From an uncultured Actinomycetota bacterium (GTDB taxonomy: Bacteria; Actinomycetota; Actinomycetes; JAFAQI01), in the NCBI GenBank assembly GCA_963770565.1, contig CAVYQE010000006.1, positions 131,395 through 195,394 on the forward strand: 64,000 nucleotides of DNA. Reading direction: 5' to 3'. This document shows positions 29,905 through 38,407 of this stretch, one piece after another. The notes beneath the pieces are model-generated. The model did no database searches. It saw only the letters and a program-made list of their open reading frames with translations, and was not told the origin of the DNA. Positions within the stretch are counted from its first letter, which is position 1. Each line of letters begins with the position of its first letter. The translations under genes were made by a program, and so were the position numbers.

Positions 29905-30303
29905 ATGAGTGTTGTGGATGCGGACCCGGCTGTGACGCGTCTTGCCGATCTCGTTCGGGCGGCGCTGGGCGCCGCGGATCTCGATGCGTTCGCTGAGCTC
30001 CTCGACCCGGAGGTGACGTGGGGGGCTCCTGGCGACCCGGCACCCGCCTGCCAGAACCGCAAGCAAGTACTCGACTGGTACAAACGGGGTCGCGCCGATG
30101 GCCGCCGCGCACACGTCACCGAAGTGCTCACCAACGCAGACAAGATCCTGGTCGGTATGCAGGTCACGACGTCGCGAAGCCCCGACCGCGATCTGGTTGC
30201 CGATCGGTGGCAGGTGCTTACCGTCCGGGCCGGCCGGATCGCCGACATCCGGGGCTACGAGGCCCTAGGTCCCGCGCGAGCAGCAGCCGGACTCACGCGC
30301 TGA
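29905..30303 (+). CDS. SnoaL-like / NTF2-fold protein
   Basis: DLDAFAELLDPEVTW, VLTVRAGRIADIRGY. Confidence 0.75.
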   Translation: MSVVDADPAVTRLADLVRAALGAADLDAFAELLDPEVTWGAPGDPAPACQNRKQVLDWYKRGRADGRRAHVTEVLTNADKILVGMQVTTSRSPDRDLVADRWQVLTVRAGRIADIRGYEALGPARAAAGLTR

Positions 30304-30362
30304 GGTGCCGGGCAGGTCCGCGGGGGTTGGGCACTCGCGCAATACGCAGCAATGATGTGTCC

Positions 30363-30938
30363 ATGAGGGTCGAAGGCGTCGTCGTGTTGACGACTGATCG
30401 GCTGACGTTGCGTACCTTTCGAGCCGATGACCTAGCTCTGTACGCCGCACTCAATGCCGACCCCGAGGTGGCTCAGTATCTCGGTGGACCGGCCTCGCGT
30501 GAGTACTCCGACGAGATCGCTGAATGGGCCAACGAGTGTTACGAGAAGGCCGGTCTTGGCCTGATGGCGATCGAGCGCACGGAGGATCAACGGTTTCTCG
30601 GCATGTGTGGGTTGCACGAACAGGATTGGTATCCCGACGACATCGAGATCGGGTGGCGGCTTGCCCGCGAGCACTGGGGCCATGGTTACGTGACCGAAGC
30701 CGCCGAGGCTTGGCTCGGCTATGGGTTCGGCGTGCGGAACCTGTCGCGGGTGATCTCGATCACCGACACCGACAACGCGCGCAGCGTGGCGGTCATGCGG
30801 CGGATCGGCATGAGCTTTGATCACGAGGCTGCGGTGCCCGATGAGGTGACCGGGGAGCCGGTCGACGCGGTGATCTACTCCATCTCTGCGGCCGCCTGGC
30901 GTCATCGGCGCCAACCCGACCGAGACTCCCGGCCGTGA
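30363..30938 (+). CDS. GNAT acetyltransferase (RimJ/RimL type)
   Basis: TDRLTLR, EIGWRLAREHWGHGY, NARSVAVMRRIGM. Confidence 0.92.
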   Translation: MRVEGVVVLTTDRLTLRTFRADDLALYAALNADPEVAQYLGGPASREYSDEIAEWANECYEKAGLGLMAIERTEDQRFLGMCGLHEQDWYPDDIEIGWRLAREHWGHGYVTEAAEAWLGYGFGVRNLSRVISITDTDNARSVAVMRRIGMSFDHEAAVPDEVTGEPVDAVIYSISAAAWRHRRQPDRDSRP

Positions 30939-31135
30939 GCGCTTCCGTTGCTGGCGGATCGGCTGACAACGGTTGCCCGCCCCGCTAGGTTGAGCCGGCC
31001 GGGTCCCAGCAGGCGACGCTCCCAAAGTTGCAGTCAGGACCGGTGCCCGCTGCGAGTGTCGGCGTACCCCGGTACGCCAAGGCGGCGTCACGGGGAGTCG
31101 CGCCGGATGGCGCTCGACGGGGAAGGTTCGTGGAC

Positions 31136-32320
31136 ATGCGGGGATTCATGGCGAGTGGTCGGCGGGTGCGTGTGGTCGGTGCGATCGGAGCCGGCCTGGC
31201 CGGCCTGAGCGCTTTGGCCCTGGGTCTTGCCCCGGCTGCGTCCGGGAGCATTGCCGCCACTTCGCGGCCCGCAGCCACGCACTTTCCGGCAGGGGTGTCG
31301 GGGCAGATCTCGGCGATTGCGGCTGTGCCGCACTCAAGTGATCTCTGGGCGCTCGTTGACGACGGGACCACGAGCTGTGCCTCGGGCCACTTCTTTCTCC
31401 TCCATCGACACCATGGCCACTGGACCAAGGTGAAGGCGCCAAGCATCGGACACTGCGGTGAGTTGACGTCGATCGCCGCCGCTTCGGCGCACGACATCAT
31501 CCTCGGCGGCGGCCGGACGGCCGAGCAGATCCAGAACATTCCCTCGGTCTATCGCTCCACCGGCGGCAAGTTCACCCGGATGAAGACCCCCCAGTACTGC
31601 GACGGCGCGTCGGACGTCCAAGCCGTTGCGGCCAGCTCGACGAGCAACATCTGGGCGGCCGGCGCGATGTGGCCGTGCCCGGCCAACACCGGCCAGGCAA
31701 TGTTGCACTGGCGGGGGAAGTCCTGGGGATCCGTCACATTCCCGAACTTCAACAACGATGGCATCAGGTCGATCAGTACGTCGGCGGCAAACAACGCCTG
31801 GGCCCTCAACGAGGACGGGACCGTCCTTCAGTGGAAGGGCACGAGCTGGGTGCAGAACGGCTCTGCGCCGACGGGCGACCAGTTGAACGGAATCGCCACC
31901 AGTTCGCCGAAGCTGGCCTATCTGGTGGGCTCCGCCCAGAACCCCACCACGTTCAAGAACTCTCCGGTGATCCTTCGGTACAACGGGACTAAGTGGGCGC
32001 CCGCACCGATGAGCAAGGGGCTGGTCGGGATCCAGCTGGAGTACGTGGCGATGCACGGCAAGACCGCCTGGGCGATCGGCTCCCGTTACAACACGGCCCG
32101 TGACATTGATCACCCGGTCGTCATGCGGTCGACCGGGGGCACCTGGTCGGTGCTGAAGAACACGCTGCCGAAGAACGTCTCCTTCGACTCGATCAGCGCG
32201 GTCTCGTCGTCGCACGCATTCATCGGTGCGGCGCTCGAGAACGAGGCGGCCCGAACAGTGAAGACGCTCGTCATCGAGATCACGGGCACGCACCTCAAGT
32301 TGCTCAGCTCGCGCCCCTGA
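31136..32320 (+). CDS. Secreted beta-propeller-like repeat protein
   Basis: Signal peptide; repeated S-x-x-N-x-W-A and W-x-G-x-x-W units. Confidence 0.75.
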   Translation: MRGFMASGRRVRVVGAIGAGLAGLSALALGLAPAASGSIAATSRPAATHFPAGVSGQISAIAAVPHSSDLWALVDDGTTSCASGHFFLLHRHHGHWTKVKAPSIGHCGELTSIAAASAHDIILGGGRTAEQIQNIPSVYRSTGGKFTRMKTPQYCDGASDVQAVAASSTSNIWAAGAMWPCPANTGQAMLHWRGKSWGSVTFPNFNNDGIRSISTSAANNAWALNEDGTVLQWKGTSWVQNGSAPTGDQLNGIATSSPKLAYLVGSAQNPTTFKNSPVILRYNGTKWAPAPMSKGLVGIQLEYVAMHGKTAWAIGSRYNTARDIDHPVVMRSTGGTWSVLKNTLPKNVSFDSISAVSSSHAFIGAALENEAARTVKTLVIEITGTHLKLLSSRP

Positions 32321-32399
32321 CCTGCTGAGCGCGGGGCCAGAGCCGTCGTACCGTTGTGCGGTGCACAAGCACGAGCAGAATGTCGCGGGAGGGGTCTTG

Positions 32400-32744
32400 A
32401 TGAGCGGGATCGAAGTCGTGCGATCAAACAGTCGAGAGGGCTGGGTCCAAGAAGAGGATCCGCCCGGCGAGATCCCTTCGCTCTGGCGGGAGTTGACCAC
32501 GTTCTCGTCGGGCGACGGCAAGTTCACGACGGGGCTCTGGGAACGCGAGCCTGACACCTGGCCCTTCGAGCGCCCGTACGACGAGGTGGCCGTGATTCTG
32601 CAGGGAGTCGCGGACATCGAGACCGAAGATGGGCGGGTCCTGTCGGTCGGCCCGGGCGACGTCTTCGTGACAGCCAAAGGCACCAAAGGTGTCTGGCACG
32701 TCAAGGAGACGATCGTAAAGTTCTTCGCGATCTACGAGTCCTAA
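32400..32744 (+). CDS. Cupin domain protein (DUF861/EutQ-like)
   Basis: TGLWEREP, DEVAVILQG, GPGDVFV, GVWHV. Confidence 0.88.
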   Translation: MSGIEVVRSNSREGWVQEEDPPGEIPSLWRELTTFSSGDGKFTTGLWEREPDTWPFERPYDEVAVILQGVADIETEDGRVLSVGPGDVFVTAKGTKGVWHVKETIVKFFAIYES

Positions 32745-32767
32745 TCCTGCGTCGTGCGCGGTTGTCC

Positions 32768-33424
32768 TCACACTGGACGGGTCGGCTCCCAGCGCGCCGA
32801 TTGGTCGGACAGATCGACGATCAGCTGCCCGTCCGGTTCCTCGCGGTTGAATCCGGTCTGAGCATCCACGCCGGTGAGTGTGAAGGTCAGCACTCGGGCG
32901 CCATCGGGTATCGGCCACGCGCCTCGCGAACCATAAGTGCGAGTGCCACCCTCGGCTGGAGCCATCGCGCCGCCGTCATTGACCTCCCAGGGCAGTTCGC
33001 GGTCGGCGGTGTATTCGACGCCGACGAGAAACGCGAACATGCCTCCCGCGGCATCAAGTTCGGGCTCGGTCACTCCCGGGACCAATTCGTACTGGAAGGC
33101 GAATCCGGGCACCTTGCGCGCATGCTCAATCGCCTCTCGGTGGCTGCGGACCCGCCTCCAGATCGTGGCCTCAAGGGAGTCGTCGTCGGTGGCGAAGCCA
33201 CCGGGCGGAACCGTGAAGCTCACGAAGCCGCCGGCATTATGAAGCGCGTCGAGGCGCGGGTTTGCCTCATCCCAGGCAGCGAGATCATCGGGATGCGGGA
33301 TCGCGATCGAGGACAGACCTCGCGCGACGAAGTGATGGCTGGCGACCAGTTCGCCGCAGTCGATGTCGAACGAGACCAGCATCGGCATGTCGGCGTACCT
33401 GGGGCCACGCGGCGGGAGGTCCAC
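32768..33424 (-). CDS. Hypothetical protein (start uncertain, possibly 33388)
   Basis: Plausible composition; fills the gap between cupin and tRNAs. Confidence 0.55.
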   Translation of the reverse strand: MDLPPRGPRYADMPMLVSFDIDCGELVASHHFVARGLSSIAIPHPDDLAAWDEANPRLDALHNAGGFVSFTVPPGGFATDDDSLEATIWRRVRSHREAIEHARKVPGFAFQYELVPGVTEPELDAAGGMFAFLVGVEYTADRELPWEVNDGGAMAPAEGGTRTYGSRGAWPIPDGARVLTFTLTGVDAQTGFNREEPDGQLIVDLSDQSARWEPTRPV

Positions 33425-33571
33425 CGTGACATCGTGCCGACGCCGAGCGGGCTTGTCGCCTCGGTTTCCCGCGCCGCCTTGCTCGACGAGCCACTGCGAG
33501 CCGATCCGAGAAGGTTCATTGCAACACCGAGGTCAGAGGCCGATAAGTCTCTGACCTGCCGCAACGCTGAG

Positions 33572-33645
33572 CGGTCCCGACGGGACTTGAACCCGCGACC
33601 TCCGCCTTGACAGGGCGGCGAGCACTCCAACTGCTCCACGGGACC
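33572..33645 (-). tRNA. tRNA-Asp (GTC)
   Basis: GGTCCCGTGGAGCAGTTGG...CCGCCCT-GTC-AAGGCGG...GGTTCAAGTCCCGTCGGGACCG cloverleaf. Confidence 0.95.
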
Positions 33646-33658
33646 TCGGATGAGGTCG

Positions 33659-33731
33659 TGCCCCCAACGGGATTCGAACCCGTGCTACCGCCTTGAAAGG
33701 GCGGCGTCCTAGGCCTCTAGACGATGAGGGC
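33659..33731 (-). tRNA. tRNA-Glu (TTC)
   Basis: GCCCTCATCGTCTAGAGG...CCGCCCT-TTC-AAGGCGG...GGTTCGAATCCCGTTGGGGGCA. Confidence 0.95.
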
Positions 33732-33848
33732 AAATCCACGCCTCGGCGTCCGCCGTCGGGGACCGGGCCAGTGTAGGGGACGATGCCCCGATCGTGGGCA
33801 TGGCATTTGCCGGGCCCAGGTCCGGGCGCGGTCCAGGAGGTGGTCGAG

Positions 33849-34604
33849 GTGGCGGTCGACGAGGTGCGGTACGAGCGGGTGGGTGCGGCTTCGCTGGTCA
33901 CGATCGACCGCCAGCATCGCCGGAATGCGATCGACGGGCCGACCGCCGACGCGCTCGTGGCGGCGCTCGAGCGGTTCGAGGCGGACGACGAGTCCCGCGC
34001 AATGGTGCTGACCGGCGCGGGCGAGGCGTTCTGTGCCGGCGCTGACCTCACCGCGCTCGAAACCCTGACGCCTCGCCTGCTCGCGGGCGAGGGCCCGCTC
34101 GGCTTCACCCGCCGGGTCTCGTCCAAACCCGCGATCGCCGCGATCGACGGCTGGGCGGTCGCCGGCGGGCTCGAGCTCGCGCTCTGGTGCGACCTGCGGG
34201 TCGCCTCGCCTCGCTCGCAGTTCGGCTGCCTGGAGCGGCGCTTCGGCGTACCGCTGGTCGACGGCGGCACCTGGCGGCTGCCGCGGGTGGTCGGCCTCGG
34301 CCGGGCCCTGGACCTGATCCTCATCGGCCGGACCGTCGCCTCCGACGAGGCGCATGCGATCGGCCTGGTGACCGAGGTCACCGACGACCCGGTCCGCCGG
34401 TCGCTCGAGATCGCCGAGCTGCTTGCGTCGTATCCGCAGGCCGCGATGCTCTCCGACCGTGCCTCGGCGTACGACGGCTACGGCCTGTCCCGCGAGGACG
34501 CGTTGGCCCTCGAGGGGCGGTACGGCGCCTCGACCCTTGCCGAGGGCGCGAGCGGGGCGGCCAGGTTCGTGAGTGGCGAAGGCCGCGGCGGGGCCGCCGA
34601 GTAG
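33849..34604 (+). CDS. Enoyl-CoA hydratase/crotonase
   Basis: RRNAIDG, FCAGADL, AVAGGLELALWCD, GVPLVDGG; AGGAGG RBS. Confidence 0.92.
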   Translation: MAVDEVRYERVGAASLVTIDRQHRRNAIDGPTADALVAALERFEADDESRAMVLTGAGEAFCAGADLTALETLTPRLLAGEGPLGFTRRVSSKPAIAAIDGWAVAGGLELALWCDLRVASPRSQFGCLERRFGVPLVDGGTWRLPRVVGLGRALDLILIGRTVASDEAHAIGLVTEVTDDPVRRSLEIAELLASYPQAAMLSDRASAYDGYGLSREDALALEGRYGASTLAEGASGAARFVSGEGRGGAAE

Positions 34605-34731
34605 TTTCCGGAATGGCTTGCGGGGGCCTCTGGGCTCTGTTTCACTGACCGCCATTGGATCGGAGCCGCGGGGGCGGCATCAGGGTGGGACGACGACTCG
34701 CTGGCGAGCGTCGAGGGGGAAGCAGGCGACC

Positions 34732-36720
34732 GTGTCGTTTCACCGAGCAGGCACGGTTGCGGCCGTGGCGGCGGTCCTGCTGGCGTGTTTCATCCCCGGC
34801 CGGGCACTCGCCGCGACCCCGAGCGCCGATTTGATCGGCTACGTCTCTGCCAACGCGACCGGCCCTGACCCGACGATGGCCGCGGTCGGCGCCGACGCGC
34901 TGTTCGAGGTCTATGCCTACAACTACGGACCCGATGCGGTCGCGGCCCATGTCGCCATCACCGTGACCGGGGCGTCGATCACCTCCGTGGCCGCCGAGGA
35001 CTTCGACATCGGCGCCACCTGTTCGGTCACGACATCGACCACGGCGACCTGTACGACGGATTCGCTGCCGGGTGACGGCGAGAGCTCGACGATCGACCTG
35101 CATACGACCGCATCGTCGGCCGGGACGATTACGGCGACCGTCGACGTGTCATCGGCCGCAACGGACCCGGACCCGAGCGACAACAGCGGCGACGCGGAGA
35201 TCACCGCGGTCGTGCCGCCACCGACCACCCTGACCGCGACCACGTCGTACGACACGGACAGCGGGATCGGATTCAACCTCGACATCGACGGGCACCTGAC
35301 CTTCACCGGCAGCGGTGACGATGTTGCCTACACCGAGGTCGACGTCTCCTACCGCATGGCCGGGAGCTCGACCTGGCAGGACTACTACGACACCGACACT
35401 GACGACACCGGTCACCTCATCGTCTCGATCGGGCAACTGGCCTCCGGCGACCTGGATGTTCGGCTCGTCCACCCCGGTACGGCGCAGGCCGCCGCCGTGA
35501 CGACGATCGTCCACGTGGTGGCTCCGGCCACGACGCTGACGGCGACGGTTGCGCCAACGGCGGTGAACCGGCTCGGGTCGGTGAAGGTCCGCGCCGCGCT
35601 GAGTCTGACCGGCAGCGGCAAGCCGATCGCTGCCTCCTTGCTCACCCTTCAGCGCCGGGCCACCGGCACATCGGCGTGGCACACCGTGACGACCGACTAC
35701 ACCGACGCCAAGGGCATCCTCAGCGTTCCCGACTCGCCCTCGCAGCCGTCGGACTACCGCTTCGTCCATGCCAGCGAGATCGGCGCTGCCGCATCGGTCT
35801 CCTCGGTCGTGTCCGTGGCGCTCAGCCCATCGCTGCACGAGACGTTGTCGCCGGCCATCGAGCCGCCCGGCTTTCACTCGGTCCTCACTGCGCAGGAAGC
35901 ACCGCGGGCCGCCGGTGGAACCGCGAGCCTGCAGCAGCTGAAGGCGGGCAAGTGGGTCACCATCCAGAGCAAGTCGGTGCCGGCCACCGGCCTGGTCTCG
36001 TGGACGATCCCGGCTCCCAAGAAGGGTGTCTTCAGCTATCGCGTCGCGGTGCAGCCAGGGCTGAACTACGTCGCGAAGGTCGGCAAGACGCTGACCATGA
36101 AGGTGACCACCCAAGGTCTAGGGAGCCGGTCGGCGTACACGTTCATGCAGATGTACAACGGCCACCCGATGCGCTGGAACCCCTGCCGGGCGATCGGCTA
36201 CAAGGTGGATCCGAGGCTCGGGCCGACCGGCTCGCTGGCCATGGTCAAGGAGACGTTGCGCCGGATCCACATCGCCAGCGGGTTGAGCTTCCACTACGAG
36301 GGCCGGACCAAGTCGCACGCGGTGTGGGGCGTCATCCGTCATCAGGCGGCTCCGCTCGTCATCTCGTGGGTGACGCCCAAGCACAGCAACGGGCTGTTCG
36401 ACTACGGCAACGAGGTCGGGTACGGCGGTGCGACCGAGTCGACCTATCGCGACGGACGCGACGTCATCGAGCAGGGCGGGGTGATCCTGCTCGACAAGTC
36501 CGACCCGAGAACCAGCGGGATCGAGCCGGGCTTCGGGGCTGGCGTGACCTGGGGACAGCTGCTGATGCACGAGCTCGGCCACGCGATGGGGCTGAACCAC
36601 ACGAACGGCAAGTGGCAGATCATGCAGCCGATCCTGGAGCCGCTGCCGGCCGCGATGTACGGCGCGGGCGACCTGCACGGCCTGCACCTGCTGGGCCGCT
36701 CCCAAGGCTGCCTGCCCTAG
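34732..36720 (+). CDS. Secreted metzincin (matrixin-like) metalloprotease with DUF11/Ig-like N-terminal domains
   Basis: Signal peptide; DPDPSDN; HELGHAMGLNH zinc motif and Met-turn QIMQP. Confidence 0.85.
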   Translation: MSFHRAGTVAAVAAVLLACFIPGRALAATPSADLIGYVSANATGPDPTMAAVGADALFEVYAYNYGPDAVAAHVAITVTGASITSVAAEDFDIGATCSVTTSTTATCTTDSLPGDGESSTIDLHTTASSAGTITATVDVSSAATDPDPSDNSGDAEITAVVPPPTTLTATTSYDTDSGIGFNLDIDGHLTFTGSGDDVAYTEVDVSYRMAGSSTWQDYYDTDTDDTGHLIVSIGQLASGDLDVRLVHPGTAQAAAVTTIVHVVAPATTLTATVAPTAVNRLGSVKVRAALSLTGSGKPIAASLLTLQRRATGTSAWHTVTTDYTDAKGILSVPDSPSQPSDYRFVHASEIGAAASVSSVVSVALSPSLHETLSPAIEPPGFHSVLTAQEAPRAAGGTASLQQLKAGKWVTIQSKSVPATGLVSWTIPAPKKGVFSYRVAVQPGLNYVAKVGKTLTMKVTTQGLGSRSAYTFMQMYNGHPMRWNPCRAIGYKVDPRLGPTGSLAMVKETLRRIHIASGLSFHYEGRTKSHAVWGVIRHQAAPLVISWVTPKHSNGLFDYGNEVGYGGATESTYRDGRDVIEQGGVILLDKSDPRTSGIEPGFGAGVTWGQLLMHELGHAMGLNHTNGKWQIMQPILEPLPAAMYGAGDLHGLHLLGRSQGCLP

Positions 36721-36745
36721 ACCCGTTCTGCCCCATCGCCCGCCC

Positions 36746-36793
36746 GGCGGCCGCCTGGGTGCGTTAGAGCGCAGTGAAATGGCCATGATCTTG
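36746..36793. repeat. Dispersed 48-bp intergenic repeat, copy 2
   Basis: 38/48 identical to 14084-14131. Confidence 0.65.
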
Positions 36794-36840
36794 ATGGTTT
36801 CCCGGCTACCCTGCAAACCTGTCGGTGGACCTCATCGATC

Positions 36841-36913
36841 GGGCCGTTAGCTCAACTGGCAGAGCAGCGGACTTTTAATCCGCGGGTTCTGGGTTCGATC
36901 CCCGGCGGCCCAC
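36841..36913 (+). tRNA. tRNA-Lys (TTT)
   Basis: GGGCCGTTAGCTCAACTGGCAGAGCAGCGGACT-TTT-AATCCGC...GGTTCGATCCCCGGCGGCCCA. Confidence 0.95.
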
Positions 36914-36972
36914 TGATCTGCGCAGGTCAGATGGGGTTTAGCGTGGACTGGTCGGCTCCAGTTTTCTAGGGC

Positions 36973-37021
36973 TGGCAGCCAAATTGGCAGCCAATTGGTT
37001 TGCGACGTTGTTTGCGACGTT
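36973..37021. repeat. Paired 12-bp-period direct repeats (integrase arm-type site candidates)
   Basis: TGGCAGCCAA x2 (36973, 36985) and GTTTGCGACGTT x2 (36998, 37010). Confidence 0.7.
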
Positions 37022-37049
37022 GTCGTGGTCGGTGTCAGTTTGCCCACGC

Positions 37050-38184
37050 AGCGTCGTCGTCCCAGAGTGCTTCGGGTCATCGCTGCGGCCGCCCCGTCGC
37101 GAGCTCGGGCACGACGTGGCTGTAGGTGCCGAGCGTCAGCGTGATCTGACTGTGGCCGAGGATCTGCATCACGACGCGCGCGGCGACGCCCTGGATCAGC
37201 AGCAGGGTGGCGGCGGTGTGGCGGGCGTCGTGCAGACGGGCTCGCCGAACCCCGGCGGCATCCAGGAGCTGCCAGGTGCGGTGATCGTTGCGCGGGTCGA
37301 TCGGCTTGCCGACTGCGGTTGCGAAGACGAAGTCGCCGTCCTCCCACATCGCGCCCGCGAGCAGCGCTCGCGGTTCTGCGCGGCGCGGTGTTCCTTGAGG
37401 TGCGCAACCAAGGGGCTGGCAGGAGCATGAGTGCGGCGGCCGGCGCGGCTCTTCGGCGGGACCAGGACGAGCCCTCCGCCGGCCTCGCGCTGCAGCGCCC
37501 GCCGTGACGGTGAGCGTCCGCGATCGAGGTCGATGTCCTGCCACAACAAACCGAGCGCCTCACCTTGGCGAAGGCCAAGGGAGAGCGCGACCGACCATCG
37601 TGCGGAGTTCCGCTGCCCAATGGCGGTCAGCAGGATGCGGCGTGCCTCGTCGGCACTGAGCGGTTGATCTCGTCGCGATCGACGCTGGGCGCGTCGACCA
37701 GGGTGGCGACGTTGCGGCCAACTCGGCCGCGGCGGTGAGCGATCTTCAGAGCCCGAGAAATGATGCGGTGCATATGAAGGACGCTCGCTGGCGCCATGCC
37801 GTCGCCTCGTCGCGCGGTAGAAGGCCTCGAGGTGCTCGGGTTGCAGTCGATCGAGACGGTGCCGGCCGAGTGCCGGGATGATTCGGTTGTTGATGTAGCC
37901 GCGATACGTCGTCAGAGTCGACGGTCGCACCTTTGCCGAAGCAATCGAGTCGACCCAAAACGTGAGCCACTCGCCAAGGGTGAGGGTGGCGTGGCCGATC
38001 GAAGGTTGCCGGTGTCGCGGGCGTCCACTGCTCGTCGCAGCTGCGCCGCGACCTCTTTGCGCGTGCGACCGGTCACATACTTGCGGGCGCGTTTGCCGTT
38101 GACGTAGCCGAGGTCAACTGACCCGCGCCAGCGTCCGTTGCTGTCGCAGTAGATGCTGCCTTCGCCGTTGCCTCGGCGGCTCAT
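37050..38184 (-). pseudogene. Tyrosine integrase, multiple frameshifts
   Basis: Fragments in different frames: RRGNGEGSIY, RPSTLTTY, GLRQGEALGL, LHDARHTAAT, LGHSQITLTLGTYSHV. Confidence 0.9.
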
Positions 38185-38194
38185 CCCAGCTCCT

Positions 38195-38377
38195 CTATGA
38201 CGCGAACTGCTCGCGCAGCACCGCGATGTATGCGTCGAGTGCCTCGACCGGCACGCGGCGCGCTGCGCCGATCAGAACCGACTCGACCTTGCCGGCCCTC
38301 ATCAACTCGTACAGCTTCGAGCGGCCGATGCCAAGCACTTCGGCGGCTTCTGTGGGTGTCAGAAGCATCCTGTTCAT
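38195..38377 (-). CDS. Excisionase / HTH_17 DNA-binding protein
   Basis: LLTPTEAAEVLGIGRSKLYELM...RRVP; GAGGAGG RBS. Confidence 0.9.
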   Translation of the reverse strand: MNRMLLTPTEAAEVLGIGRSKLYELMRAGKVESVLIGAARRVPVEALDAYIAVLREQFAS

Positions 38378-38407
38378 AACTTCCTCCTCGGTTGGTGTGG
38401 CGTCCAG

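Noticed and set aside
30301-30337. Extra cassette site TGAGGTGCCGG after the SnoaL gene
   Set aside because: Lacks the (C/T)T ending, is isolated outside the island, and could arise by chance at this GC content; kept only as a weak possibility.
36743-36753. att duplicate of the tRNA-Lys 3' end (CCCGGCGGCC)
   Set aside because: Lies upstream of the tRNA, is short and all-GC, and is part of the dispersed 48-bp repeat.
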